64,000 bases of DNA from Escherichia coli (GTDB taxonomy: Bacteria > Pseudomonadota > Gammaproteobacteria > Enterobacterales > Enterobacteriaceae). Below the pieces are notes generated by a model. That model was not told the origin of the DNA. It saw only the letters and a program-made list of their open reading frames with translations, and searched no databases. The translations under genes and the position numbers were made by a program. The stretch lies in the NCBI RefSeq assembly GCF_003334355.1, contig NZ_QOWP01000005.1. One strand, given 5' to 3'. Positions 1 to 14,524 of the stretch are shown here, in pieces. Every line of letters starts with the position of its first letter. Position 1 is the first letter of the stretch.

Positions 1-76
1 TCTCGTCGTTGTTGTCAAAGGAACCCACGTTACGCGGATTCTCGTAATGGTCGATAACTTTTTCGCTGTAAGCCAT
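1..76 (-). CDS. iscU: Fe-S cluster scaffold protein IscU, N-terminal fragment (gene continues beyond window start)
   Basis: Reverse complement of 1-76 begins ATG GCT TAC AGC GAA AAA GTT ATC GAC CAT TAC GAG AAT CCG = MAYSEKVIDHYENP, the recognised IscU N-terminus; lies 27 bp downstream of the iscS stop. Confidence 0.85.
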   Translation of the reverse strand, partial: MAYSEKVIDHYENPRNVGSFDNNDE

Positions 77-103
77 TATAAATTCTCCTGATTCCGATAC
101 CGA

Positions 104-1318
104 TTAATGATGAGCCCATTCGATGCTGTTCAGATCCACGCCCTGCTTGTACATTTCCCACAGCGGAGAAAGGTCACGCAGACGACCGATGGATTTACGA
201 ACTAACTCGATGGTGTAGTCGATCTCTTCTTCAGTAGTAAAACGACCTAAAGAGAAACGGATAGAGCTATGTGCCAGCTCGTCGTTCAGCCCCAGCGCGC
301 GCAGCACGTAGGACGGTTCGAGGCTTGCTGACGTACAGGCGGAACCGGAAGAAACCGCGAGGTCTTTCAGCGCCATAATCAGCGACTCACCTTCAACGTA
401 GTTGAAGCTGACGTTGAGAATGTTCGGCGCACCGTGTTCCAGGTCACCGTTCAGGTAAACTTCTTCGATATCTTTGATGCCGTTCCACAGACGGTTACGC
501 AGTCCGCGCAGACGTTCCATCTCGGTCGCCATCTCTTCTTTTGCGATGCGATAGGCTTCGCCCATTCCGACGATCTGGTGAACAGGCAGAGTGCCGGAAC
601 GCATACCGCGTTCGTGACCGCCGCCGTGCATTTGCGCTTCGATGCGTACGCGCGGTTTACGACGCACATACAGCGCACCAATACCTTTCGGGCCATAGAT
701 TTTGTGACCGGAGAAAGACATCAGGTCAACTTTCAACTGGCTCAGATCGATAGGCAGTTTGCCCACGCTCTGGGTTGCATCAACGTGATAGATAATGCCA
801 CGAGCACGGCACATTTCGCCGATAGCCGCGATATCCTGTACCACGCCGATTTCGTTATTCACGTGCATGATAGAAACGAGGATGGTGTCGTCACGCATCG
901 CTGCTTCAAGTTCTTTCAGGTCGATAATGCCGTTACGCTGCGGTGCCAGGTAGGTGACTTCAAAACCTTCGCGCTCCAGCTGACGGCAGGTATCCAGTAC
1001 CGCTTTGTGTTCAGTTTTGCTGGTGATGATGTGCTTGCCTTTTTTCTGATAAAAGTTGGCTGCACCTTTGATCGCCAGGTTGTCAGATTCGGTTGCACCA
1101 GAGGTAAAGACGATTTCACGCGGATCAGCGCCGACCAGATCGGCAATCTGATTACGGGCGATATCTACCGCTTCTTCAGCCTGCCAGCCGAAACGGTGAG
1201 AACGGGAGGCCGGGTTACCAAAGGTTCCGTCCATCGTCATAAACTGCATCATTTTCTCGGCAACACGCGGGTCCACCGGCGTGGTTGCGGAGTAGTCGAG
1301 ATAAATCGGTAATTTCAT
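104..1318 (-). CDS. iscS: Cysteine desulfurase IscS (404 aa)
   Basis: ORF 104..1342 translation matches IscS; trimmed to internal [14 protein letters not shown] start (ATG complement at 1316-1318), preceded by GGAG. Confidence 0.95.
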
Positions 1319-1558
1319 TGCTCTATAAACTCCGTACATCACTCAATGCAAGGAATCAGGCTACCGGCTGGATGTACGACCGTGTTTACGGAACGCGATA
1401 CGCCCCGGCCTGATTCTAATATCTTGTTATCTTTAACCTAACTGTTTCGGGTTTCAGCAAGTTGACAAACTTACGAATCTCCGGGAGCTTACATAAGTAA
1501 GTGACCGGAGTGAGTATGTGCAGTCAACGCAGATGCAACACGAAACAGGACGGTTAAA

Positions 1559-2047
1559 TTAAGCGCGTAACTTAACGTCGATCGCGTCTTGTATGCGGGT
1601 GCGTGGCGCGTCGTGAGTATGCTGACGACCAGACACATCCAGCACTTCCTGGTTATTAACCAGTTCGCCTAAAGTAATGTTGTTGAGAAAACCGGTGAGA
1701 CGGTCGCTCAAATCACGCCACAGCGCGTGGGTCAGGCATTTATCACCGCCCTGGCAGCCGCCTTTACCCTGACAACGAGTAGCATCTACAGATTCGTCAA
1801 CGGCGCTAATCACTTCGCCAACGGCGATGCTGCTGGCATCTTTGCCTAACAGATAACCACCGCCTGGTCCACGTACGCTGGAAACCAGACCATTTTTACG
1901 CAGACGGGAAAACAGTTGTTCCAGATAAGAAAGGGAAATTCCCTGACGTTCGGAAATATCAGCCAACGGTACCGGGCCCGCTTCAGAGTTGAGCGCAACG
2001 TCAAGCATTGCGGTCACGGCATAGCGCCCTTTAGATGTCAGTCTCAT
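1559..2047 (-). CDS. iscR: Fe-S cluster regulator IscR (Rrf2 family, 162 aa)
   Basis: ORF translation [17 protein letters not shown]... with C-terminal Cys cluster; position upstream of iscS. Confidence 0.95.
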   Translation of the reverse strand: MRLTSKGRYAVTAMLDVALNSEAGPVPLADISERQGISLSYLEQLFSRLRKNGLVSSVRGPGGGYLLGKDASSIAVGEVISAVDESVDATRCQGKGGCQGGDKCLTHALWRDLSDRLTGFLNNITLGELVNNQEVLDVSGRQHTHDAPRTRIQDAIDVKLRA

Positions 2048-2160
2048 GTCTTACTTCACCTCAAACTCGCCCCTGCCCGGGGTTTTTTATTGTAAAAGTG
2101 GGGGTATTGCATAGCAGGGTCAAGTCTGACATTCCCGAGTAAATTGGTCAACTATTTACT
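2048..2160 (-). promoter_or_regulatory. iscR promoter / IscR autoregulatory operator region (approximate)
   Basis: Immediately upstream of iscR start; recognised isc promoter sequence containing TTGACC...TATGCAAT; boundaries approximate. Confidence 0.5.
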
Positions 2161-2221
2161 TGACTGATTTAGTCGGGTATTTAACCTTCAGTGCCATTTT
2201 TTTATCGTGGTGTTTGTACCT

Positions 2222-2403
<182 letters not shown>

Positions 2404-2407
2404 GCTG

Positions 2408-3148
2408 TTATTCGGCCTTGTTACCTTTATTCTGCTGCTCAATAGAAGCCAGAATCCCGCGCAGGATATTCAACTCCTGGCTTTCCGGGCGCGCACGGGT
2501 AAACAGACGGCGCAATTTATTCATCACCTGCCCCGGATGGTTTTCACGGATAAAACCGGTTGCCAGCAGCGTTTGTTCCAGATGACCATAAAAACGCTCC
2601 AGATCATCGACCAGCGGATACGGCGTCTCTTCATGCTCGACCTGCTCGCCATTTTCCTGAGTTGCCAGCCAGGCCATGCGCACTTCATAGGCAATAACCT
2701 GAACCGCCATCGCCAGGTTCAGCGAGCTGTATTCCGGGTTAGCCGCAATCGCGACATGATAATGGCATTTCTGCAACTCTTCATTGGTCAGGCCGACACG
2801 TTCGCGACCAAAAACCAGCGCCACCGGGGTATTTGCCGCTTCAGCAACGCTTTTCAAACCGCATTCGCGCGGGTCGAGCATCGGCCACGGCAGCGTGCGG
2901 GAACGTGCGCTGGTGCCCACCACCAGGCTACAACCGGCTAACGCTTCGTCGAGCGTATCGACGATGTGAGCATTACCAATCACATCGCTGGCCCCCGCCG
3001 CCAGGGCAATCGCCTGGGAGTCAGGTTTCACCAGTGGATTAACCAGCCACAGATTGGTTAATCCCATTGTTTTCATGGCACGGGCAACAGAACCCATATT
3101 GCCGGTGTGTGACGTCTCCACCAGCACAATTCGAATATTTTGCAGCAT
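2408..3148 (-). CDS. trmJ: tRNA (cytidine/uridine-2'-O)-methyltransferase TrmJ (246 aa)
   Basis: ORF translation [26 protein letters not shown]..., SpoU-type methyltransferase; synteny. Confidence 0.93.
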
Positions 3149-3266
3149 TGTCTTTCTTCGTCTAAAGATTATTCGCGCATCTTATCATAAAACGAAGACA
3201 GATGCCGATCTCGCTGCTATACTCTGCGCCGTTTTCCCGTTCTTTAACATCTAGTGAGAGAGACCG

Positions 3267-4070
3267 ATGCATCCGATGCTGAACATCGCCGTGCGCGCAG
3301 CGCGCAAGGCGGGTAATTTAATTGCCAAAAACTATGAAACCCCGGACGCTGTAGAAGCGAGCCAGAAAGGCAGTAACGATTTCGTGACCAACGTAGATAA
3401 AGCTGCCGAAGCGGTGATTATCGACACGATTCGTAAATCTTACCCACAGCACACCATCATCACCGAAGAAAGCGGTGAACTTGAAGGTACTGATCAGGAT
3501 GTTCAATGGGTTATTGATCCACTGGATGGCACTACCAACTTTATCAAACGTCTGCCGCACTTCGCGGTATCTATCGCTGTTCGTATCAAAGGCCGCACCG
3601 AAGTTGCTGTGGTATACGATCCTATGCGTAACGAATTGTTCACCGCCACTCGCGGTCAGGGCGCACAGCTGAACGGCTACCGTCTGCGCGGCAGCACCGC
3701 TCGCGATCTCGACGGTACTATTCTGGCGACCGGCTTCCCGTTCAAAGCAAAACAGTATGCCACTACCTACATCAACATCGTCGGCAAACTGTTCAACGAA
3801 TGTGCAGACTTCCGTCGTACCGGTTCTGCGGCGCTGGATCTGGCTTACGTCGCTGCGGGTCGTGTTGACGGTTTCTTTGAAATCGGTCTGCGCCCGTGGG
3901 ACTTCGCTGCAGGCGAGCTGCTGGTTCGTGAAGCGGGCGGCATCGTCAGCGACTTCACCGGTGGTCATAACTATATGCTGACCGGTAACATCGTTGCTGG
4001 TAACCCGCGCGTTGTTAAAGCCATGCTGGCGAACATGCGTGACGAGTTAAGCGACGCTCTGAAGCGTTAA
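3267..4070 (+). CDS. suhB: Inositol monophosphatase SuhB (267 aa)
   Basis: ORF translation with IMPase motifs (WVIDPLDGT, TGSAALDLAYVAAG); synteny. Confidence 0.95.
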   Translation: MHPMLNIAVRAARKAGNLIAKNYETPDAVEASQKGSNDFVTNVDKAAEAVIIDTIRKSYPQHTIITEESGELEGTDQDVQWVIDPLDGTTNFIKRLPHFAVSIAVRIKGRTEVAVVYDPMRNELFTATRGQGAQLNGYRLRGSTARDLDGTILATGFPFKAKQYATTYINIVGKLFNECADFRRTGSAALDLAYVAAGRVDGFFEIGLRPWDFAAGELLVREAGGIVSDFTGGHNYMLTGNIVAGNPRVVKAMLANMRDELSDALKR

Positions 4071-4214
4071 TGACTCAGGCGGGTGATATCACTCACCCGC
4101 CCTCGCCTTTCAGGCGCTATTCCGAAATACTTCCTCACTGCTTTACTTTCTTTCGTCACTCTCCCACCATCTTTCCCCGATTAATGGATGATAAAGAAGT
4201 CGCAAGGAAAGGTT

Positions 4215-5069
4215 ATGGCACTGCCAGTGAACAAACGCGTTCTCAAAATTCTGTTTATTCTCTTTGTTGTTGCCTTCTGCGTTTATTTAGTGCCGCGCGT
4301 TGCCATCAACTTCTTCTATTATCCCGACGATAAAATTTACGGTCCCGATCCCTGGTCGGCGGAATCCGTCGAATTTACGGCTAAGGACGGTACTCGTCTG
4401 CAAGGCTGGTTTATCCCTTCTTCGACGGGCCCTGCTGACAACGCCATCGCAACCATCATTCATGCTCACGGCAATGCCGGAAATATGTCCGCCCACTGGC
4501 CGCTGGTCAGTTGGTTACCCGAGCGTAATTTCAACGTTTTTATGTTTGATTATCGCGGGTTTGGTAAATCAAAAGGCACGCCGTCCCAGGCCGGATTGCT
4601 GGACGATACGCAAAGCGCCATCAATGTGGTGCGCCATCGCAGTGATGTAAACCCACAACGGCTGGTGCTGTTCGGGCAGAGTATTGGCGGGGCGAATATT
4701 CTTGCTGTTATTGGTCAGGGTGATCGTGAAGGCATACGTGCGGTGATCCTCGACTCCACATTTGCCTCTTATGCAACCATCGCCAACCAGATGATCCCCG
4801 GCAGTGGCTACTTACTTGATGAGAGTTACAGCGGCGAAAATTACATCGCCAGCGTCAGCCCGATCCCGCTTTTACTCATTCACGGTAAAGCCGATCAGGT
4901 TATCCCATGGCAGCACAGCGAAAAGTTGTATAGCCTGGCAAAAGAGCCAAAACGGTTGATCCTAATCCCGGATGGCGAACACATTGATGCTTTTTCCGAT
5001 CGTCACGGCGATGTTTATCGCGAACAGATGGTGGACTTTATCCTTAGCGCGTTGAATCCGCAGAACTAA
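4215..5069 (+). CDS. yfhR: Putative alpha/beta-hydrolase family membrane-anchored peptidase YfhR (284 aa)
   Basis: ORF 4188..5069; start trimmed to ATG at 4215 preceded by AGGAAAGG; N-terminal TM segment, GQSIGG nucleophile elbow. Confidence 0.85.
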   Translation: MALPVNKRVLKILFILFVVAFCVYLVPRVAINFFYYPDDKIYGPDPWSAESVEFTAKDGTRLQGWFIPSSTGPADNAIATIIHAHGNAGNMSAHWPLVSWLPERNFNVFMFDYRGFGKSKGTPSQAGLLDDTQSAINVVRHRSDVNPQRLVLFGQSIGGANILAVIGQGDREGIRAVILDSTFASYATIANQMIPGSGYLLDESYSGENYIASVSPIPLLLIHGKADQVIPWQHSEKLYSLAKEPKRLILIPDGEHIDAFSDRHGDVYREQMVDFILSALNPQN

Positions 5070-5259
5070 CCCATGATCGCTAGCACGATAATCATTCACA
5101 AAACCACCTTAAGACATGCTAATCCACTGGTCAGAACAGTTTAAGATGAGAAAAATTCTGTGACGCTTGCCAACATTTCTGATGATTAGCATTCCCTTCG
5201 TCATTTCCCTGAGCAAACTTTAGCTATTCTTATCAATTATGCTTATGGGAGATCTACAG

Positions 5260-6540
5260 ATGATGCCTACGCTTGCTCCACCATCTGTCCTTTCGGCTCC
5301 CCAGCGCCGCTGCCAGATCTTGCTGACGCTCTTTCAGCCGGGGTTGACCGCCACCATGGCAACCTTCAGCGAGCTTAATGGTGTGGATGATGATATTGCC
5401 AGTCTTGATATCAGCGAAACAGGACGGGAGATCCTGCGCTATCATCAACTCACACTGACGACTGGTTATGACGGTAGCTACCGGGTTGAAGGTACAGTGC
5501 TTAACCAACGTTTGTGTTTATTTCACTGGCTACGACGTGGTTTCCGTCTGTGTCCGTCATTTATTACCAGCCAATTCACCCCCGCCCTGAAGAGTGAATT
5601 GAAGCGGCGCGGAATTGCGCGTAACTTTTACGACGATACCAATCTACAAGCGTTAGTGAATCTCTGCTCCCGACGGCTGCAAAAACGCTTTGAATCGCGC
5701 GATATTCATTTCCTGTGTCTGTATCTGCAATATTGTTTGCTGCAGCACCACGCTGGAATGACGCCTCAGTTTAATCCGCTCCAACGTCGCTGGGCGGAAT
5801 CCTGCCTTGAATTTCAGGTAGCGCAGGAAATTGGACGCCACTGGCAGCGTCGGGCGCTCCAGCCTGTACCGCCTGATGAGCCACTGTTTATGGCACTACT
5901 TTTTTCCATGTTGCGGGTTCCCGATCCACTGCGGGATGCGCATCAGCGAGACAGACAATTGCGTCAGTCTATCAAACGTCTGGTAAACCATTTTCGTGAG
6001 CTGGGAAATGTTCGTTTTTATGATGAACAGGGGTTATGTGATCAGCTTTATACCCACCTCGCCCAGGCGTTAAATCGCAGTTTGTTTGCCATCGGTATTG
6101 ATAATACCCTGCCGGAAGAGTTCGCCAGACTGTACCCACGCCTGGTGCGCACCACCCGCGCGGCGCTGGCCGGATTTGAAAGTGAATACGGCGTCCATCT
6201 TTCTGATGAGGAAAGTGGTCTGGTCGCGGTGATTTTCGGTGCCTGGCTAATGCAGGAAAACGATCTGCATGAAAAACAGATTATTCTACTGACCGGGAAT
6301 GATAGCGAGCGAGAAGCGCAGATTGAGCAGCAGTTACGCGAACTAACGTTACTGCCGCTCAACATTAAGCATATGTCGGTAAAGGCATTTTTGCAGACAG
6401 GCGCTCCGCGTGGCGCGGCACTGATTATTGCGCCTTATACCATGCCATTACCGCTCTTTTCACCACCGCTGATCTATACGGACCTGACGCTGACAACACA
6501 TCAACAGGAGCAGATCCGCAAAATGCTCGAATCAGCATGA
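5260..6540 (+). CDS. csiE: Stationary-phase inducible protein CsiE (426 aa)
   Basis: ORF 5239..6540; start placed at MMPTLAPP to give the 426 aa length I recall. Confidence 0.85.
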   Translation: MMPTLAPPSVLSAPQRRCQILLTLFQPGLTATMATFSELNGVDDDIASLDISETGREILRYHQLTLTTGYDGSYRVEGTVLNQRLCLFHWLRRGFRLCPSFITSQFTPALKSELKRRGIARNFYDDTNLQALVNLCSRRLQKRFESRDIHFLCLYLQYCLLQHHAGMTPQFNPLQRRWAESCLEFQVAQEIGRHWQRRALQPVPPDEPLFMALLFSMLRVPDPLRDAHQRDRQLRQSIKRLVNHFRELGNVRFYDEQGLCDQLYTHLAQALNRSLFAIGIDNTLPEEFARLYPRLVRTTRAALAGFESEYGVHLSDEESGLVAVIFGAWLMQENDLHEKQIILLTGNDSEREAQIEQQLRELTLLPLNIKHMSVKAFLQTGAPRGAALIIAPYTMPLPLFSPPLIYTDLTLTTHQQEQIRKMLESA

Positions 6541-7671
6541 GGGAACAACTTTCGGGCGCAAAAACATTGCCGGCAGCGCCACCAGCGCCATTACCCAGAA
6601 CACGCCGTGGCCCAGATATTGATACAGGAAACCGGCGAAAACGGTCATGATAGCGATACTGCCGCCCATCGCGACGGCAGAGTAAACCGCCTGTAAACGG
6701 ATGACTTCGCTACCCTGGCGAGCAGCAATATAACGCATGGCGGCCAGGTGGCAGACCGTGAAGGTGCCGCAATGCAGAATTTGCACCACTATCAACCACG
6801 GCAACGCCGTAGTTGCTCCCATAATGCCCCAGCGCACTACGCCGCAAATCGCCGAGATCAACAGCATATCGCGTGCACTACAACGGCGGAAAAGTTTATT
6901 ACTCAGCGCAAAGATAATGACTTCCGCCACCACGCCCAGCGACCACAAATACCCCACCGCCGAGGCCGAGTAGCCAGCTGCCTGCCAGTAAATGGCGCTA
7001 AAACCGTAATAGGCCGCATGTGCCCCCTGCAATAAACAAACGCAGGCCAGAAAGCGCCAGTTCTGGCGAACCAGCGCCAACCACGCTGACCAACCGGTGC
7101 TCTCCTGCTGGCGGCTTGCCCCTTGTGGCTGAATCGTCGGACGGATGAGAAAGCCGAGCAGCATGGATGCCACGCCCAACGTCAACAGCGCGAGGATCAC
7201 CCGATAATCAAACATAGTGACCAGTTTGCCCGTCAGCGCCGAGCCAATGACAAACGCCACCGAGCCCCACAGTCGCACTTTGCCGTAATCAAGCGGGAAC
7301 TGCTTTTGCCACGTATTCGCCAGTGCATCGGTCAACGGTACCAGCGGTGAGAAAAAGAGGTTAAAGCCAATCATCACCAGCATCAGCCACGCTACGTGCG
7401 CCCCCGCCCAGAAGGCGACAGCAAAGAGAAGTGTCAGCAGTGCCAGCACGCGCAAGGCGAAAATCAGGCGGGAAGGATCGCTGACGCGGGGCGCGATGAG
7501 CAAACTCCCGAGAAAACGGGCAACCAGACCTGCCCCCAATAACAGGCCGATGGTTTCTGGCGTTAAACCAATCCCTTTAAGCCAGACGCTCCAGAAAGGT
7601 AGAAAAATGCCGTAACTAAAAAAGTATGTGAAATAGCCGAGCGCCAACCAGCGCGTGGATTGCAAAACCAT
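6532..7671 (-). CDS. hcaT: MFS transporter HcaT, putative 3-phenylpropionate transporter (379 aa)
   Basis: ORF translation highly hydrophobic, 12-TM-like; position next to hcaR; 3' end overlaps csiE by 9 bp. Confidence 0.92.
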   Translation of the reverse strand: MVLQSTRWLALGYFTYFFSYGIFLPFWSVWLKGIGLTPETIGLLLGAGLVARFLGSLLIAPRVSDPSRLIFALRVLALLTLLFAVAFWAGAHVAWLMLVMIGFNLFFSPLVPLTDALANTWQKQFPLDYGKVRLWGSVAFVIGSALTGKLVTMFDYRVILALLTLGVASMLLGFLIRPTIQPQGASRQQESTGWSAWLALVRQNWRFLACVCLLQGAHAAYYGFSAIYWQAAGYSASAVGYLWSLGVVAEVIIFALSNKLFRRCSARDMLLISAICGVVRWGIMGATTALPWLIVVQILHCGTFTVCHLAAMRYIAARQGSEVIRLQAVYSAVAMGGSIAIMTVFAGFLYQYLGHGVFWVMALVALPAMFLRPKVVPSC

Positions 7672-7830
7672 GAGTCCCTCCCGTCAGGAGGCGTTAGTCT
7701 GGGGTTAATCGAATGTTGGTGCAAGTTGAAAAATAAGAATATTCGAGCCTGCTTCCCGATGTCTGTAACGCCAGTTCACAAGCACTAAAAAACTGAGATC
7801 CGCGACGCATGTTGCAAAAATAATGCGTAA

Positions 7831-8721
7831 TTATGCCGTTACGCTTGCCAAACGTTCCTGCACAATGGCGATGAAATCGCGTAATGCCGGCTTCATCTCC
7901 CCTTTCTTCCACGCCATCAGTAAAGCAATGGAAGGCACATTTCCGGCAATGGGACGAAAAACAACCTGCCCGGTATTAAAATTATTCATATAACCGGGTA
8001 TCAAAGTGACGCCCAGCCCCATGCCCACCAGATTCATGGTCACCAGAATATTCGTTGCCACCTGGACGATATTTGGCTGGCTGTTTTCTTGCGCAAACCA
8101 CGCTTTAACGATCGGCGCAAGCGAACCGGAATACGCCGGATCGGTACTGACGAAATTCACGCCATCCAGTTGCGCGGCGGTGATCTCTTTTTCATGTGCT
8201 AAAGGGTGATCAACCGGTAACACCACCACTAATGGTTCGTCAAAAAGCTCCAGATAATCAATCTCCGGGCTATAAACAGGATGGCGCATTAAGCCGACGT
8301 CGAGTTCACCACGGCGAATTTTTTCCTCCTGTTGCGTGGTGATTAAACTCACCAGCTCAATCAAGGTGTCTGGCTGTCTGAGACGAAACATCGGTAATAC
8401 TTTTGGCAATAAATTCACTTCCGCCGATGGCACAAAGCCAATGGTTAATTGTCTGTCTTCCTGAACAATTTTCCGCGCCCGTAATTTGGCATTTTCCGCT
8501 TGTTCGAGGATTGCCAGCGCGTCCTGGAGAAAACATTCTCCCGCCGCCGTCAACGCGACTTTGCGCTTATCCCTCACCAGTAACGGAACACCGACACAGT
8601 TTTCAAGATCGCGGATCTGGCTGCTTAACGAAGGCTGTGAGGTATGCAGTTTTTCCGCCGCACGGGTAAAGTTCAGTGCCTGCGCCACTGCGACGAAATA
8701 GCGTAAATGCCGTAGTTCCAT
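7831..8721 (-). CDS. hcaR: LysR-type transcriptional activator HcaR (296 aa)
   Basis: ORF 7831..8814 trimmed to MELRHLRYFVAVAQ start (ATG complement 8719-8721) preceded by AAGGAGAAGG; LysR HTH. Confidence 0.92.
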   Translation of the reverse strand: MELRHLRYFVAVAQALNFTRAAEKLHTSQPSLSSQIRDLENCVGVPLLVRDKRKVALTAAGECFLQDALAILEQAENAKLRARKIVQEDRQLTIGFVPSAEVNLLPKVLPMFRLRQPDTLIELVSLITTQQEEKIRRGELDVGLMRHPVYSPEIDYLELFDEPLVVVLPVDHPLAHEKEITAAQLDGVNFVSTDPAYSGSLAPIVKAWFAQENSQPNIVQVATNILVTMNLVGMGLGVTLIPGYMNNFNTGQVVFRPIAGNVPSIALLMAWKKGEMKPALRDFIAIVQERLASVTA

Positions 8722-8820
8722 CACCTTCTCCTTGTTATCGAAAAAACGTCTCAGCTGGTAGAAATTAACTATTTCACATATTAGCAACCAACCAGCAACA
8801 TCCTTATGGCACAAAAATAG

Positions 8821-10732
<1,912 letters not shown>

Positions 10733-10733
<1 letters not shown>

Positions 10734-11053
10734 TGAATCGAATTTATGCGTGTCCCGTTGCGGATGTGCCGGAGGGTGAGGCTCTCCGGATCGATACCTC
10801 GCCCGTCATCGCCCTGTTCAACGTTGGCGGCGAGTTTTATGCCATTAACGATCGTTGCAGCCATGGTAATGCGTCAATGTCAGAAGGGTATCTGGAAGAT
10901 GACGCCACGGTGGAGTGCCCGCTACACGCCGCCAGTTTTTGCCTGAAAACGGGGAAAGCGTTATGCCTGCCCGCCACCGATCCGCTCACCACTTATCCAG
11001 TACACGTTGAAGGTGGTGACATTTTCATCGACTTACCGGAGGCGCAGCCATGA
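10733..11053 (+). CDS. hcaC: Rieske ferredoxin component HcaC (106 aa)
   Basis: ORF translation with CSHG...CPLH Rieske motif; coupled to hcaF and hcaB. Confidence 0.95.
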
Positions 11054-11862
11054 GCGATCTGCATAACGAGTCCATTTTTATTACCGGCGGCGGATCGGGA
11101 TTAGGGCTGGCGCTGGTCGAGCGATTTATCGAAGAAGGCGCGCAGGTTGCCACGCTGGAACTGTCGGCGGCAAAAGTCGCCAGTCTGCGTCAGCGATTTG
11201 GCGAACATATTCTGGCGGTGGAAGGTAACGTGACCTGTTATGCCGATTATCAACGCGCGGTCGATCAGATCCTGACTCGTTCCGGCAAGCTGGATTGTTT
11301 TATCGGCAATGCAGGCATCTGGGATCACAATGCCTCACTGGTTAATACTCCCGCAGAGACGCTCGAAACCGGCTTCCACGAGCTGTTTAACGTCAACGTA
11401 CTCGGTTACCTGCTGGGCGCAAAAGCCTGCGCTCCGGCGTTAATCGCCAGTGAAGGCAGCATGATTTTCACACTGTCAAATGCCGCCTGGTATCCTGGCG
11501 GCGGTGGCCCGCTGTACACCGCCAGTAAACATGCCGCAACCGGACTTATTCGCCAACTGGCTTATGAACTGGCACCGAAAGTGCGGGTGAATGGCGTCGG
11601 CCCGTGTGGTATGGCCAGCGACCTGCGCGGCCCACAGGCGCTCGGGCAAAGTGAAACCTCGATAATGCAGTCTCTGACGCCGGAGAAAATTGCCGCCATT
11701 TTACCGCTGCAATTTTTCCCGCAACCGGCGGATTTTACGGGGCCGTATGTGATGTTGGCATCGCGGCGCAATAATCGCGCATTAAGCGGTGTGATGATCA
11801 ACGCTGATGCGGGTTTAGCGATTCGCGGCATTCGCCACGTAGCGGCTGGGCTGGATCTTTAA
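11050..11862 (+). CDS. hcaB: cis-dihydrodiol dehydrogenase HcaB (SDR family, 270 aa)
   Basis: ORF translation with TGGGSGLG Rossmann motif and YTASK catalytic motif. Confidence 0.95.
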
Positions 11863-13074
<1,212 letters not shown>

Positions 13075-13170
13075 CCAGGATAATTAGCGAATATCTCAAT
13101 GCCTGGGGCGTGGCGAGGTGCAAGAGTGTGTATTACGTTTAAATCACATTATCTTGCAAAGGGATTGGTT

Positions 13171-13593
13171 ATGAACACACTACGTTATTTTGATTTTGGA
13201 GCTGCCCGCCCCGTTTTGTTATTAATTGCCCGTATCGCCGTGGTCTTAATTTTCATTATTTTTGGTTTTCCCAAAATGATGGGCTTTGACGGTACGGTCC
13301 AATATATGGCCTCGTTGGGCGCGCCAATGCCGATGCTGGCAGCGATTATTGCGGTAGTTATGGAAGTGCCCGCCGCGATATTAATCGTGCTTGGCTTTTT
13401 CACCCGTCCGCTGGCGGTGCTGTTTATTTTCTACACGCTGGGTACGGCGGTGATTGGTCACCATTACTGGGATATGACCGGCGATGCGGTTGGGCCAAAT
13501 ATGATTAATTTCTGGAAGAATGTCAGTATCGCTGGCGCGTTCTTGCTATTGGCAATTACCGGGCCGGGGGCAATTTCTCTCGATCGGCGTTAG
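13171..13593 (+). CDS. yphA: DoxX-family inner membrane protein YphA (140 aa)
   Basis: ORF 13099..13593 trimmed to ATG at 13171 ([10 protein letters not shown]); hydrophobic. Confidence 0.85.
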
Positions 13594-13598
13594 GAAAG

Positions 13599-13632
13599 AT
13601 GCCGGATGCGGCGTGAACGCCTTATCCGGCAT
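13599..13632. repeat. REP palindromic element
   Basis: gatgccggatgcggcgtgaacgccttatccggcat between convergent yphA and yphB. Confidence 0.8.
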
Positions 13633-13640
13633 TTAATAAA

Positions 13641-14513
13641 TTACAGCCACTCTACCCGCAACGACATCTCTGAAGTTGTTGATTCCCCTGGTGCTAGCGC
13701 AATGAGATCACCCCCTTCCGGGCGATGATGATCATCCGGCGCATGGCTCATCGGTTCCAGACAGAAGAAATCAAACGCATATCCTTTATCAAACGCAGGG
13801 TCGGAAACAAAGATGAAATAACACGGTGCAGGTGGCGTCGTTTCCATGATGATGGCATAACCTTCCTGCGGCTGCTCGATGCGGGCCTGACCATTCCATC
13901 CGGCAAAACCATTGTTCACCCACTGGCGCGGCAACGGCGCGGGCTGGTTAAAATCCAGTTCCTGCGGTAGCTGCTCGCAAAACTCACCCGCCAGCCACTG
14001 CTCCCGCTCCAGCCAGTAACCGCTCGCCTGTGCCTGAATCCGCGTTTGCGGCGACAACGGAAAATAAGGATGCCAGCCGGTACCAAATGGCAGCGTCTCT
14101 GCCCCTTGATTGGTGACAGAGAGCGTCACCGTCAGCGTATCCGCCGTTAAATGAAACGCCTGACTTACCCGATAGTGATAGACACCGCTGCGATGTTCAT
14201 ACACCAGACACAAACTATCATCGCTGTGCGAGACACATTGCCACTCGCCCAGCCAGCCATCGCCGTGTAGATAGTGCGCATCCCACTCAACATTCGGTTG
14301 CAGTTGATACTCACGCCCCTGCCAGACAAAACGATTGCCGCTCACCCGGTTTGCAAATGGCACCAGCGGAAAACATGAGGCATCGGTTGCCACACCGCTT
14401 TTTTTACCAGGACGTAAGAGCGGCGTCGTATCGCGCCAGAAGCCTTCGATTACGCCGCCCTGGTCAGAAACGTCCAGCTTTAGCGACCCGTGGGATAAGG
14501 TATAGATGGTCAT
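13641..14513 (-). CDS. yphB: Aldose 1-epimerase (mutarotase) family protein YphB (290 aa)
   Basis: ORF translation; galactose-mutarotase-like fold is my family assignment; synteny. Confidence 0.88.
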   Translation of the reverse strand: MTIYTLSHGSLKLDVSDQGGVIEGFWRDTTPLLRPGKKSGVATDASCFPLVPFANRVSGNRFVWQGREYQLQPNVEWDAHYLHGDGWLGEWQCVSHSDDSLCLVYEHRSGVYHYRVSQAFHLTADTLTVTLSVTNQGAETLPFGTGWHPYFPLSPQTRIQAQASGYWLEREQWLAGEFCEQLPQELDFNQPAPLPRQWVNNGFAGWNGQARIEQPQEGYAIIMETTPPAPCYFIFVSDPAFDKGYAFDFFCLEPMSHAPDDHHRPEGGDLIALAPGESTTSEMSLRVEWL

Positions 14514-14524
14514 CCGCTAACTCC

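Noticed and set aside
434-1312. 292-aa plus-strand ORF antisense to iscS, and similar long antisense ORFs (24040..25329 opposite glyA, 32129..33229 opposite purL, 40757..41437 opposite pdxJ, 20083..20547 opposite yphG)
   Set aside because: Each lies entirely inside a well-supported gene on the other strand, has no RBS and an unusual low-complexity translation; these are typical artefacts of GC-rich coding DNA.
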